From the NCBI GenBank assembly GCA_012646185.1, contig GCA_012646185.1_4706.1: DNA of 64,000 nt, one strand, 5' to 3'. The notes under the pieces were generated by a model. It was not told the origin of the DNA. It saw only the letters and a program-made list of their open reading frames with translations, and ran no database searches. The translations under genes and the position numbers were made by a program. Numbering within the stretch: position 1 is the first letter of the stretch; each line of letters opens with the position of its first letter. Positions 18,708-30,974 of this stretch are shown piece after piece. The DNA comes from a phage.

Positions 18708-19210
18708 GCTAAAATTCCTTCATTACCTAACAGTCGGTTACGATGACGTCGGTACATTTGACAAAGTGTTGTGATTTGATAATGTTTGTTGTAACGCACC
18801 TCGATACGTTTTTGCACCTCTTTCCATGGAAGTTTATCGTATTGCCGATAACGATGGATTTCATTTAACATACGAAGACGAGTAGGATCGGTGTTCTTTA
18901 TCGTCGTGAGCTTCACGCGTTGGTATCCACGCTGTAGTCCCGATTCGGAATACGTGACGTCAAACTCATCCTGAATGATGGTAATGATCTCCCGCCACCG
19001 ACGGTTCTCGCCATCACGTAAATGGACAACCCGCGATAAGATATCGTTCCGATTACGATGACTCAGTTTAATGTTAAGCATTGAAGCAATCGCGCTAATT
19101 GCTCTCTGACTCCGTCCTAACGCTTCACCTATTTCTTTCGATGTCATGACGCCCGCGTTTCGGCGTATGAATGCGATTTCGGTTGTTGTGTATTCTTTAC
19201 CTGCTGCCAT
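18704..19210 (-). CDS. HTH DNA-binding protein, tandem paralog 6 of 6
   Basis: Two HTH-like segments (TTTEIAFIRRNAG...SKEIGEALGRSQRAISAIASML) and the family C-terminal W...Y pattern. Confidence 0.6.
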   Translation of the reverse strand: MAAGKEYTTTEIAFIRRNAGVMTSKEIGEALGRSQRAISAIASMLNIKLSHRNRNDILSRVVHLRDGENRRWREIITIIQDEFDVTYSESGLQRGYQRVKLTTIKNTDPTRLRMLNEIHRYRQYDKLPWKEVQKRIEVRYNKHYQITTLCQMYRRHRNRLLGNEGILA

Positions 19211-19674
19211 TTCTTACCACGTGTGTTATAATAGTAACGCTGACAAAGATGTGTGTGACGATACTCCCGTTTGAACTCGACGCTGATAATGCGAGCAACT
19301 TCTCTCCAGTTAACTCCTTCATGCCGAAGTGCTGTAATACGGTCTGAAATTTTGCACCATTCATCTGGATCGTATCGTCGTAGCTTGAGTCGTCGTATTA
19401 CAGAGGCGACACTCGCTCTCGATCGGCCAAGATGATTTGACAGTTGTTTAACCGAGTATCTGTGGATATTGTCACGAATATAGGAAATCTCGTTGTCCGT
19501 ATATGCCTCATTGGTTCTCGACGAAGGGAACAGCATATACAACTTATTCTTAATCGCGCTTTCTGTGCGTTGAAATACAGAAGCCAGCTCACTAACCGGT
19601 GGTCTGGGTATCTGGTCCGCGTAATTCTCGAGGCGTGAGAGTTCCTCATCTGTCCAGCGACGGTATTTGCGCAT
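19144..19674 (-). CDS. HTH DNA-binding protein, tandem paralog 5 of 6
   Basis: Start moved to MRKYRRWTDEELSRL; second HTH SVKQLSNHLGRSRASVASVIRRLKL; C-terminal VNWREVARIISVEF. Confidence 0.6.
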   Translation of the reverse strand: MRKYRRWTDEELSRLENYADQIPRPPVSELASVFQRTESAIKNKLYMLFPSSRTNEAYTDNEISYIRDNIHRYSVKQLSNHLGRSRASVASVIRRLKLRRYDPDEWCKISDRITALRHEGVNWREVARIISVEFKREYRHTHLCQRYYYNTRGKKWQQVKNTQQPKSHSYAETRAS

Positions 19675-20149
19675 AGGCAGCTCCTTTGTTTTTCGTGTAG
19701 TAGCACCAACGTTGATACAACGCGTGTTTATTCGTTGTAATCCCAAATTTAACAACAACGTCGTAGGTAATAACATCCCAATTTTGGGTGACGTTAAGTC
19801 GTTCCGCGATAAACGCGATAATCGCTTCCCGTTCTTGCTTTGTTAACGCACGACGAATTCCATTAAGCCGTATAAACTGACGAACCGAGTCATACGAACG
19901 GTTTAAATCAAACGCAATCTCCCGCAGCGATCTTTGTTTGATTACCGACTTGATGTACGCACGTTCTTCTTCCGTATACGGCCGATGCTTTTGACGTTGA
20001 CGTATTCCCAAGCGACCCAGACACGCGTCGATGCTGGCGCGTGTTCGTCCTGTCCGTTGTGCGATTTCATCAATCGTCATCGATGTGTTTAAGTACAGAT
20101 GCGTGACGTCTTTCAGCTCGTCGTCACGCCACGGTTGAGATCGTCTCAT
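19646..20149 (-). CDS. HTH DNA-binding protein, tandem paralog 4 of 6
   Basis: WRDDELKD...MTIDEIAQRTGRTRASIDACLGRLGI and a second HTH SLREIAFDLNRSYDSVRQFIRLNGI. Confidence 0.6.
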   Translation of the reverse strand: MRRSQPWRDDELKDVTHLYLNTSMTIDEIAQRTGRTRASIDACLGRLGIRQRQKHRPYTEEERAYIKSVIKQRSLREIAFDLNRSYDSVRQFIRLNGIRRALTKQEREAIIAFIAERLNVTQNWDVITYDVVVKFGITTNKHALYQRWCYYTKNKGAAYAQIPSLDR

Positions 20150-20627
20150 CTTGGACCCCTCTTTTCTTTCTATGATGCCACCAACGCTGATAGACAGCTT
20201 GCTTCGTACGTGTTATACCGAAATGCGCATTAACTCGTTCAGCAATGTGGTGCCAATCCTGTGTTTCTTCTAACAATGTATCAACGAAGGCTATGAAGAT
20301 CTTAGTATCATCCTCGCTTAACCGCTTGAAACCATGACGGTGTGCTATCGTTCTAATACTGTTTGGATCCCTGTTTAAATCGCGTGCGAGCTGTTTATAA
20401 CTTTTGTGTTTGCAGTGTGCTCTGATATATTCCAACTCATCGACGCTGAAACGTTTATGCGGTTTACGACGTTCAACATTTAAGTATATCAACCTCGATT
20501 TAATTGCACCGTACGTTGTTTCCATGATTTCTGCGATTTCACGGATTTTTAATTTCGGGTGACGATAGTACAATTCCAGCAACTGTTCATCATCCTTACG
20601 ATTCCATCGTCGTATTGGAGGTTTCAC
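20124..20627 (-). CDS. HTH DNA-binding protein, tandem paralog 3 of 6
   Basis: WNRKDDEQLLELYY...IREIAEIMETTYGAIKSRLIYL and SYKQLARDLNRDPNSIRTIAHRHGF. Confidence 0.6.
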   Translation of the reverse strand: MKPPIRRWNRKDDEQLLELYYRHPKLKIREIAEIMETTYGAIKSRLIYLNVERRKPHKRFSVDELEYIRAHCKHKSYKQLARDLNRDPNSIRTIAHRHGFKRLSEDDTKIFIAFVDTLLEETQDWHHIAERVNAHFGITRTKQAVYQRWWHHRKKRGVQDETISTVA

Positions 20628-20640
20628 AACGAGATTTCTC

Positions 20641-21108
20641 CTATTCTGCGCGTTTTAATGCTTGAGTGTAGTAGAGGCTATGAACACCGCTTAACGTGTA
20701 ATGGGTGTTAAATTCGTTATTGATGATATTCCGTATTCTCTCCCAGGTGTTATTCTCTTTTCTAAGGGTGTGTATTCGATAATAAATCATCTCTCGACGT
20801 TGTGCTTTGCACGCGACAATGCCATAACGGTAGCAGAGTTTAGCGATTGCGTCCACGCTACGATTGAACATCGCTGCAGCTTCTTTTACGCTGTGCGTCT
20901 TGAGATAATCGGCTAACATCACGCGTTCTTCGAAACAACAATAGCGGTGACGTGACATGAGTTTCCAGCGCTTGCGATTACGGTTAATTCGACCTTGAAC
21001 AGAGCCTTCTGTTCGGTCAAGCCGTGCCGCAATCTCTTGCATTGGGATACCGTTTCGGTACAGGGTAATCAATACCGCATCTTCTTCGGGTGTCCAGTCC
21101 TTGACCAT
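20641..21108 (-). CDS. HTH DNA-binding protein, tandem paralog 2 of 6
   Basis: WTPEEDAVLITLY...MQEIAARLDRTEGSVQGRINRNRKRW and SVKEAAAMFNRSVDAIAKLCYRYGI. Confidence 0.6.
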   Translation of the reverse strand: MVKDWTPEEDAVLITLYRNGIPMQEIAARLDRTEGSVQGRINRNRKRWKLMSRHRYCCFEERVMLADYLKTHSVKEAAAMFNRSVDAIAKLCYRYGIVACKAQRREMIYYRIHTLRKENNTWERIRNIINNEFNTHYTLSGVHSLYYTQALKRAE

Positions 21109-21120
21109 AGTGCCACCCCA

Positions 21121-23784
<2,664 letters not shown>

Positions 23785-23891
23785 GTTGTCGTTTCCTCCA
23801 TACGAAACCAAAAAATTGTCAAAATGTACATCAGCATAACGCCCGTGCCCACCCGCGATGGGAGGGACACAGGCAATACGCTTTTATTTCG

Positions 23892-24500
23892 TCAAGACTT
23901 CACAACACATTCGACTTCGTCGTTCATATAAGCTTCGTATAACGACAGCACTTCCTTCATTTTAATTTCAGGTAACGCGACGGAACGAATCGCTTTCAGG
24001 ATATTCCGTGTTTGATGGTGTTTAACCTTCGCTTCACGTAGTTTACAGAATTGACGAATACAGGTATTAACCTTACCGCCTTCAGCACGTTCGAGGGCGA
24101 CATGCAGTTTCAGGTCAAGTAATACTTCCGTGAGTTCCTGGGTGGCAGGATCGTTACGAATAAGCCGCACCGTCCGTTCATCCGGATTCAGCATCTCGAG
24201 GAACTGAAGCTTGATCTGTTCAGGTACGGGTTTCGTGTTCATCATGATGGCATCAAGCTGTTCCTTAACACCCGGCTCATTAAACACGTAACGTTCGATG
24301 TTTACGACGTGTGCTTTTCCTGACTCGCCGTAAACCGCCATCGCACGATAGTCATCAAACAACACAGCATACAACAAATCCTGTTCCGGTCCGATGGTAC
24401 CATCGATGAGCTTCGGCGCGTGCTTCTTCAGGAAGCCATAGCGAATCGCCTCATCCGGCATGATCGTCCACGCATTAACGGGCTGCTTTACGAGTTCCAT
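23892..24500 (-). CDS. hypothetical protein (~202 aa)
   Basis: Start moved to ATG 24500 (MELVKQ) with GAGGTG SD. Confidence 0.55.
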   Translation of the reverse strand: MELVKQPVNAWTIMPDEAIRYGFLKKHAPKLIDGTIGPEQDLLYAVLFDDYRAMAVYGESGKAHVVNIERYVFNEPGVKEQLDAIMMNTKPVPEQIKLQFLEMLNPDERTVRLIRNDPATQELTEVLLDLKLHVALERAEGGKVNTCIRQFCKLREAKVKHHQTRNILKAIRSVALPEIKMKEVLSLYEAYMNDEVECVVKS

Positions 24501-24768
24501 GTAACACCTCATCAAGATTATCACTTACACCTGGCGGTACCACGATACCGGTACGAATCACAGCAGCAACTTCCTGCATGCCTTTACCCTTCAACGCATA
24601 GGTTTCATGTACCGTATTACGTCGCGTCGTTAACCCAACAAATTTACATACGACCATGTTGTTTTCTGAAAGGTAGGCGGTGTCGAGTTCACCGTGCAAC
24701 AATTCTTTCTCTTTGGTATCAATACCCAATAACGCAATTTGATAAGCAGAAAGTTTCCAATAGCGCAT
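24475..24768 (-). CDS. hypothetical protein (~97 aa), overlaps both neighbours
   Basis: ORF bridging two genes in a different frame; weak support. Confidence 0.35.
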   Translation of the reverse strand: MRYWKLSAYQIALLGIDTKEKELLHGELDTAYLSENNMVVCKFVGLTTRRNTVHETYALKGKGMQEVAAVIRTGIVVPPGVSDNLDEVLHGTRKAAR

Positions 24769-24784
24769 GTTATCACCCAAACTG

Positions 24785-25201
24785 TTAAGAAGCATCCTGT
24801 TTAATGTTGATGAGTATTTCCGTTCGAACCGGATTAGTCAGCACAGCACGCATGCGTTCAAGCATCATTGGGTTATCCGTAACCACCACATCGGCGTAAC
24901 ACAATGGATGACTTTCGAATGCTTCGGTGTCACTTACTAACAGAACACCCATCACATTTACGTATTGCGGTATGCGTCCACGGATGCGCTGCCACAGGTC
25001 ATGAGTAAGGTCTTCGTTTTCTAATGCGACCACGACGACAGGACTGATATTTACCGGGAAACGCGGATGCACCGTGCGGCGAAAGGTTACCCAGCTTTCG
25101 ACGTGGGATAATGCAAGTTCGAGAGAACAGCACTTTGGAGAAATCTGTATGTTTATTTGCTGAATCAATGAAAGGGGGTTTTGTACAGTCGCTTCAGCCA
25201 T
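24785..25201 (-). CDS. hypothetical protein (138 aa)
   Basis: ORF, co-oriented, abuts next gene. Confidence 0.5.
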   Translation of the reverse strand: MAEATVQNPLSLIQQINIQISPKCCSLELALSHVESWVTFRRTVHPRFPVNISPVVVVALENEDLTHDLWQRIRGRIPQYVNVMGVLLVSDTEAFESHPLCYADVVVTDNPMMLERMRAVLTNPVRTEILINIKQDAS

Positions 25202-26179
25202 TTACTTTTTCCTGAAAATTAATGTTGGTAAGCCGTTTCTTACAGCATAATACAACACTAAGAGGTTAATCTTGCCTGCGGATACCGTAAGCATTTTACG
25301 ACGACGTGGTAAACTAACCGGTACGGTAGATGCCATCGTTGCGCTGTTCTTGAACGTTTGGGAATAACGTCGCAGCGACGCTTCACCTAACAATGGAAGG
25401 AACAGATCCTCGGTAAGAATATCATCGCAGATATACGTAATCGCAAGTAACGGCGGATTCCACTCGTTCAGGAACTCGAAAATCTCGTTTGCAATACCCA
25501 GCGCGTTATTGGGAAGCGGAACCTCACGAACGTATTTCTGATTGCCTTTATCCAGCAGGATTCTTGACATACAGTAATCGTGGATTATACCCGCAACATC
25601 ATCCGCTGTTTCTGCGCTCTGCATCAACGCCTGTGCTTCTTCCCAGGTCAGTTGACGTTTTGTTTCGTAGTAGGTTGGTTTCAAAACCGCGTAAAAATCG
25701 TGGATTAAGCGACCAACGTCCCCACGGGTTTTCTCTGCCAACGCGATTGCGTACGCTTTCTTCTCCGCATCCGTTAAGATCTGATTACGCCACAGCTCGT
25801 ATTCGTCTAACAGCTCGGTGTATTTGGCTGTCCATTCAGAGGAAAGATAATAACCAATACTGTCAATCAACGCATGCGTTAAAACACCCAGACGCTCGCG
25901 TCTTGGATCGACCGACGGCTCATAGACGAAAGGCAGCTTCGGTTTTTCAAAGCCGCTGGCTACAACGGTATCTGAAAAAGCGTTAGCGAAAACACCCATC
26001 GGTTTCCACGACGTAAGGAGATCCTGATATAGCATTGGATGAACGTTATTAATCGCTGTGAGTTTATCATCGAAAAGACTCACGCTTGGATGTTCGGCAT
26101 TCGCGAGCTCAAAATAAATTCTTTCGAGCAACGCCTTTACCGCATCGCGTGTCTTATCGATTGGGCCAACAGAAGCCAT
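25202..26179 (-). CDS. hypothetical protein (325 aa)
   Basis: Long ORF, co-oriented. Confidence 0.6.
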   Translation of the reverse strand: MASVGPIDKTRDAVKALLERIYFELANAEHPSVSLFDDKLTAINNVHPMLYQDLLTSWKPMGVFANAFSDTVVASGFEKPKLPFVYEPSVDPRRERLGVLTHALIDSIGYYLSSEWTAKYTELLDEYELWRNQILTDAEKKAYAIALAEKTRGDVGRLIHDFYAVLKPTYYETKRQLTWEEAQALMQSAETADDVAGIIHDYCMSRILLDKGNQKYVREVPLPNNALGIANEIFEFLNEWNPPLLAITYICDDILTEDLFLPLLGEASLRRYSQTFKNSATMASTVPVSLPRRRKMLTVSAGKINLLVLYYAVRNGLPTLIFRKK

Positions 26180-26193
26180 GTAAATTATCCTCG

Positions 26194-26460
26194 TTAAAAA
26201 GTACCCATGATCGATAGGGCAATATGGTCTTTGTTCGCACGCGCTTGTAACGACATATCAAGACCGCTTTTCTTAATATGCCAACGTGCCACCAGTTCCG
26301 GTTGGTCAACGGAATACAGCCCTTCTCGATGTTGATTCAACCATTTAGCAATTGGATGCAATTTATCAGGATCGACCACACCCAATTCCAACCCACCGGG
26401 TGTTAATGGTTTAGAATAAAAGTCAAGTGCGTTCCGTAAAAAGTCATCCTCGATGCTCAT
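26194..26460 (-). CDS. hypothetical protein (88 aa)
   Basis: ORF; its ATG overlaps the stop of the small upstream ORF (ATGA). Confidence 0.5.
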   Translation of the reverse strand: MSIEDDFLRNALDFYSKPLTPGGLELGVVDPDKLHPIAKWLNQHREGLYSVDQPELVARWHIKKSGLDMSLQARANKDHIALSIMGTF

Positions 26461-26573
26461 CGTAGCATACCTGCCATGCCAATTACGGCAAACAGTACGC
26501 CGACGGCGCTATACGCAAGCAGCGCTTTAGCAACCCAAGATTTTATTTCCGTAAGCTCGTCATTATTCACCAT
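26457..26573 (-). CDS. small single-TM membrane protein (38 aa), not in the ORF track
   Basis: Manually translated MVNNDELTEIKSWVAKALLAYSAVGVLFAVIGMAGMLR; GAGGTG SD 4 nt before ATG at 26573; stop TGA overlaps ATG of 26194-26460. Confidence 0.4.
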   Translation of the reverse strand: MVNNDELTEIKSWVAKALLAYSAVGVLFAVIGMAGMLR

Positions 26574-26652
26574 GTTTCACCTCGTTCGGTTGTTGTCTGA
26601 TCTCATACCTTTACTTAAGCGTGTATCCCCGCCATTAAGACGGGGTGCTTAT

Positions 26653-27027
26653 TCACCAGAGACGATTACCTTCCTCGTCCCACCAAGCAATCGCTCGTGT
26701 CGACTCGAATGTGTTAGGGCGTAATGTCATACCCTTGCGGTCAACGATTAACCGCAACTCAGTACCGAACCACTCAATCGAGATAAACAAACCCTTCCGA
26801 ATGATTGCTTGATAACCTGATAACCGCTCAAAGAGTCGTTGAAAAATCTCATCATGTTCGCACGACACTAATGCTTCTGAATAGCGTCGCATCGCTTTTG
26901 CATCGCTAGGTAAGCGTGTTTTACAGTCCCACCATAACACAGCGTACATCAATGCGGCATTACGCAATCGTAACGATTGAACTGGCGTTAGTTGTCGTCC
27001 TTCAACATCATCGATAATAACGTACAT
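26653..27027 (-). CDS. hypothetical protein (124 aa)
   Basis: ORF, co-oriented. Confidence 0.5.
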   Translation of the reverse strand: MYVIIDDVEGRQLTPVQSLRLRNAALMYAVLWWDCKTRLPSDAKAMRRYSEALVSCEHDEIFQRLFERLSGYQAIIRKGLFISIEWFGTELRLIVDRKGMTLRPNTFESTRAIAWWDEEGNRLW

Positions 27028-27033
27028 TGCGTT

Positions 27034-27288
27034 TTATTCCGCGTTTGTTTCCTTAACATGGACACATTCCGCATCGATAGTCACACCGGTAGAACGATGG
27101 GTCTCGCTGGTAGAATCAAATCCGCTGTTGAACAACATGGCGAACGTGTTATTATCCATACGAGCAAAGGTCTCCGCAATACGATCGGGATGAAAATCGG
27201 TGCGGTTGATGGTCGATTTCACAAAAACTCCTATAAACAATTTAATTATTGGTATTAAGATTAAAGCAGGATCTGCGGACAGCAGCAT
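27034..27288 (-). CDS. hypothetical protein (84 aa)
   Basis: Fills gap between neighbours; overlaps next gene by 28 nt. Confidence 0.35.
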   Translation of the reverse strand: MLLSADPALILIPIIKLFIGVFVKSTINRTDFHPDRIAETFARMDNNTFAMLFNSGFDSTSETHRSTGVTIDAECVHVKETNAE

Positions 27289-27746
27289 GATTCGTAACCA
27301 CCTTCATGGGGTAACGTATTGCTGGTGTCAGGCCAAACAAGCTGAATACCTGCAACTTTTTTACCATAACGAGCGAAAGCCGATATCGCATACACTTCGT
27401 TGAAGGAGTCGATATCCTCAATTTCGCGCACGTCAAGACGCAAGGTTTCACCCGTACCCTTCAAAGTCAGATTGCCATCGAACGCGCCTAACGGGATGGT
27501 CTTTGCCTTCACCATGAAGTTACCCAGTTTGTTGATTGCTGAACCAAGGGCAGGGCAGTAACCGGATACGAAGATTTCCGGCATTCCGTGTTCGGTTAGA
27601 CCAACAGTATACATAAAGCCAGGCTCGTCGCTTCCCTCATCAGGAGCGACACTGATAATAGCCCATTGCTTTTTCTCGATATATTCTTCGATAAAATCGT
27701 CCAGTTTTGAAAAATTGTTTTCATTAAGCTTAACTGTGTTACTCAT
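27261..27746 (-). CDS. hypothetical protein (161 aa)
   Basis: ORF, co-oriented. Confidence 0.5.
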   Translation of the reverse strand: MSNTVKLNENNFSKLDDFIEEYIEKKQWAIISVAPDEGSDEPGFMYTVGLTEHGMPEIFVSGYCPALGSAINKLGNFMVKAKTIPLGAFDGNLTLKGTGETLRLDVREIEDIDSFNEVYAISAFARYGKKVAGIQLVWPDTSNTLPHEGGYESCCCPQILL

Positions 27747-28032
27747 GTTCTTTATCCTTTAATGCGTTTTCTAACCAGCGGACATAACTTTCACGATAAA
27801 GGTGAATGTGCCTTTTACCGTCGCGAAAGTTAGGGTCAATAAGATGAATCGCAGCATGGGTTGAAGTCATCGCATGCTGTAAATGTTTTCGTGTTAATCG
27901 CCCAAGTTTTACCCAACGTTGAATATACCGTGCGTCTGCCGCTAAACAGGTACGTTCATCGATGAAAGGTACCAATACCTGAACGATACTACCGTAATAC
28001 ACCATCGAACTGTTGAACATCTGCGTCTCCAT
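27739..28032 (-). CDS. hypothetical protein (97 aa)
   Basis: ORF, co-oriented, 8-nt overlap. Confidence 0.45.
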   Translation of the reverse strand: METQMFNSSMVYYGSIVQVLVPFIDERTCLAADARYIQRWVKLGRLTRKHLQHAMTSTHAAIHLIDPNFRDGKRHIHLYRESYVRWLENALKDKEHE

Positions 28033-28050
28033 GCAAATGGATGGGGCGGA

Positions 28051-28359
28051 TTAGTGAAGAATTACCGTTTGCGATCCGTTCTCGTATTCGGTAAGTAGCT
28101 CGTCGTACCGACGATCGACAGCCTTGATCGCATTATCGATCTCTGTCATGTCTGATGCAACAGATCGTTTCGCTTCCAGTCGATATACTAACGCATCACG
28201 CATACCCTCGGCTGCAGCGAGTTCGCAAGTTGCTTGATGTTTATTATCCGAAAAGACGAAGAATGGTTTGTTCTCTTCATCAGCCAAGAAGTAGTTACGA
28301 ATCTCAACCAACCTTTCATCTGGAACCAGTTCACAATTGTTTTCGTTCATTTTCATCAT
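28051..28359 (-). CDS. hypothetical protein (102 aa)
   Basis: ORF, co-oriented. Confidence 0.45.
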   Translation of the reverse strand: MMKMNENNCELVPDERLVEIRNYFLADEENKPFFVFSDNKHQATCELAAAEGMRDALVYRLEAKRSVASDMTEIDNAIKAVDRRYDELLTEYENGSQTVILH

Positions 28360-28364
28360 CTCTC

Positions 28365-28697
28365 TTAAAGTTTTAACGTATTGACGCCGCTTATAAAGGC
28401 GTTGATTTCATTGTCGATGTTACCGGTTTGCTCGATAATCTTCTCCACCATCAATCTTGGTTTGTTATAAGCGATACTTACAGCATCGGGACCATTCCCA
28501 TACATGCTCGCCACGTAAATTCGAAGTTCTTTTAAACGATCAAGTAACAACTGCGTGATTTCCAGAACTTCTTCTGTAGCGGTCTGTACGTTGCATTCGC
28601 GTAACTTGTGCTCTAACAGCGAAGTCGCAGCATCGAGCATGGATGTGTATTTACGATAGTTATAAATATCAATTATAGCTGTCTGATTCATATACAC
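28365..28697 (-). CDS. hypothetical protein (110 aa)
   Basis: ORF, co-oriented. Confidence 0.45.
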   Translation of the reverse strand: MYMNQTAIIDIYNYRKYTSMLDAATSLLEHKLRECNVQTATEEVLEITQLLLDRLKELRIYVASMYGNGPDAVSIAYNKPRLMVEKIIEQTGNIDNEINAFISGVNTLKL

Positions 28698-28702
28698 GTT
28701 GT

Positions 28703-29071
28703 TTATTTATCGGGGTCTGGAAAATAGTAAAATCGCCAATGCAACATAGAGATCGCATTTCTTATTCGATTCGCACGAACACGGCGTCCGAGAAAGGACT
28801 TATAGCAAGAATCGCAATCCATAAACAACTCATGGCTCGATTTCATCAGAACCACGATATCTCTTATATACGAATTGCAGTACTCGATAAACGGGTCTGT
28901 ATCGTACGTATATTTCCTCGCACTACCTATCCCCAACTCTCTATTTAACTCACGACAATTTATCATGAGCTTCACATAACGGATAAGCCGAACGAAGTCA
29001 CGTAAATTACGATTAAACCAATATCGATACCAAAATGACTGTATACTCCGAACAGTTCTATTTAACTTCAT
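28703..29071 (-). CDS. hypothetical protein (122 aa)
   Basis: ORF, co-oriented. Confidence 0.45.
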   Translation of the reverse strand: MKLNRTVRSIQSFWYRYWFNRNLRDFVRLIRYVKLMINCRELNRELGIGSARKYTYDTDPFIEYCNSYIRDIVVLMKSSHELFMDCDSCYKSFLGRRVRANRIRNAISMLHWRFYYFPDPDK

Positions 29072-29702
29072 TGATACCTTCTATTAGTTGTACAGCAACT
29101 TCTTTTTCGGTGCTATAAAAGAACTTGCGGTGGAACTGAACAAGAAGCTTTTCGAATTTACATTGAACGATCTTTTTGCGTTCGATGTGACCCAGGGAGA
29201 GCAAAGCACCCATGCAACGTACCGCTTGTTCGAGAACCTGTTTCGCGGTATCGTGATCGTCCGGTAACGGTAAATCTTCCTCGTCATCTTTAGCGATAAG
29301 ACGTCTAATGATGTTATCGATACGTATCTCATCACCGTTAATGAAAGCGCCTTTCTCCCATTCATCAAATCGTTGATGGATTCGACGTTGTAAGTTGGCT
29401 CTGTCTTCCATTAACTCTTTCAACTGGCTTTCTAAGCGGGATACGGTACGGCGGTCGGTATCAGTGAAGTTTTCCGATTCTTTGTACCACCAATCATTAC
29501 GTGCTTGTAAATCATTAATGCGAGAAATCGTCCGACGACACTCGTTAACAAACGCATCACCGTTCGATAGCTCCGTACCGAAATAGCATTTGTATTTATA
29601 ACGCATAACACGGATTAAACGTTTCGTTAGAAAACCTTGTTTCTCCAGTTTCTTCTTCAGTTGGGTGTATTTCTCTTCTTTTGTTTCCGCGATATCTTTC
29701 AT
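29058..29702 (-). CDS. hypothetical protein (214 aa), charged and helical in character
   Basis: ORF, co-oriented; K/E/R-rich. Confidence 0.5.
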   Translation of the reverse strand: MKDIAETKEEKYTQLKKKLEKQGFLTKRLIRVMRYKYKCYFGTELSNGDAFVNECRRTISRINDLQARNDWWYKESENFTDTDRRTVSRLESQLKELMEDRANLQRRIHQRFDEWEKGAFINGDEIRIDNIIRRLIAKDDEEDLPLPDDHDTAKQVLEQAVRCMGALLSLGHIERKKIVQCKFEKLLVQFHRKFFYSTEKEVAVQLIEGINEVK

Positions 29703-30049
29703 GCCATATTCTCCGTTATATGCTTTAAACTGTTGCGTATGCTTTTCAATCGATGGTTAAATCCGGAACGGTAACATTTCCGTACAACCCATGGCGCTCG
29801 CGCTTTATTCGCCTGATGAAGCTGTTCATTCACCTGCGACGCTATACGTAAACGCTCTAATAAAGACCTCAACCGAACGACAACCAACGGCTGTTCTTTC
29901 ACCTTCTCTAGTTTGAGTAAAGAGTCAATATGAAACTTTATATCGATAATCTGATTCCTGTTTTTGCGGTACTGATGAATATACCAGCATCGACGAAAAT
30001 AGGTGATGCTAAGCATAGGGTGGATCCTCTTCAACGCTATCTCCAACAA
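29699..30049 (-). CDS. hypothetical protein (116 aa)
   Basis: ORF, 4-nt overlap with neighbour. Confidence 0.45.
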   Translation of the reverse strand: MLEIALKRIHPMLSITYFRRCWYIHQYRKNRNQIIDIKFHIDSLLKLEKVKEQPLVVVRLRSLLERLRIASQVNEQLHQANKARAPWVVRKCYRSGFNHRLKSIRNSLKHITENMA

Positions 30050-30234
30050 TACATCGGATTAGGTGCTTTATGGCATTTATAAATACCTACTTTCTTCTGT
30101 CTACCTTTACCTGGGCCTCGTTTAACGCGTTTGTTATAAACACGACCCAAATATCGAGTGGCGATACATCGGGATGAATACACCGGGTCGATATATTCTA
30201 GCGTACCTGCTTCTGTCACTTCGAGACATTGCAT
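30037..30234 (-). CDS. hypothetical small basic protein (65 aa)
   Basis: Short ORF; weak support. Confidence 0.35.
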   Translation of the reverse strand: MQCLEVTEAGTLEYIDPVYSSRCIATRYLGRVYNKRVKRGPGKGRQKKVGIYKCHKAPNPMYCWR

Positions 30235-30260
30235 GCGTAACCTCTCTTTCCTCTAAAAAG

Positions 30261-30467
30261 TCAGTCTAACATAAGCCACGGCATCGCTTTCGCGATAGAA
30301 TCCACCGCAGCATTTGCGATCTTCCGTTCAGTCGTTGGTACCACATGCGCCACGAACCGTTTTCCTTTATTGCAACCTTTCTTGTGTTTTCCTTTGACTA
30401 AACGAACACCAATCATGTCGTTGATAACATGATTTAGTATATGGCGCTGTAGAGAATTAATCATCAC
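30261..30467 (-). CDS. hypothetical small basic protein (68 aa)
   Basis: Short ORF; weak support. Confidence 0.35.
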   Translation of the reverse strand: MMINSLQRHILNHVINDMIGVRLVKGKHKKGCNKGKRFVAHVVPTTERKIANAAVDSIAKAMPWLMLD

Positions 30468-30633
30468 TTTTACTCCAGGCAGAGAAGATTCTCGGTTTTA
30501 GTTCTATCTGTCCGCATATCCAGGTGTATCTCCATTTACCTTTACGAGGACCTTTCTTATTTTTAACACCTATCAGAATACGATAGGGATATGACCAAGC
30601 CATTCTAAACTCCTAAAATAAATCTCGATATTC

Positions 30634-30927
30634 TTAATGCAGTTGCTTCTTAAAACCTAATTTAAGAAGCGTCATTCTCTTGTCGATGGTATCTAATGCT
30701 TCCAGCAAGGATTTACGCTGCTCCTTTGTAAGCGTATCGACGCGTAGACGTTCGTTAATTTCCGCTTTAAGCTGTATAGGAAGGGTTTGTGTAAGTATGC
30801 TATCAGCCTCCATCTCGTAACTATTTTTCGGTGTGGGTAATGCTTCAGTAACACCAGTGAGATAAAAACCGATAGTGGTTACTCGTTCATCCATTGCTTC
30901 TAGCAGTTCAGAACTTACTTCATCCAC
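30634..30927 (-). CDS. hypothetical protein (~98 aa)
   Basis: Start set at GTG 30927 preceded by GGAGG; the track start at 30960 lies inside hairpin 30945-30962. Confidence 0.45.
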   Translation of the reverse strand: MDEVSSELLEAMDERVTTIGFYLTGVTEALPTPKNSYEMEADSILTQTLPIQLKAEINERLRVDTLTKEQRKSLLEALDTIDKRMTLLKLGFKKQLH

Positions 30928-30974
30928 GATAGTCCTCCGTATTAGGGTGGGCGTACCCACCCTCAGTTGTTAAT

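Noticed and set aside
25489-25986. Plus-strand ORF of 165 aa
   Set aside because: Entirely antisense inside the 325-aa minus-strand gene, Arg/Ser/Pro-rich and without a ribosome binding site.
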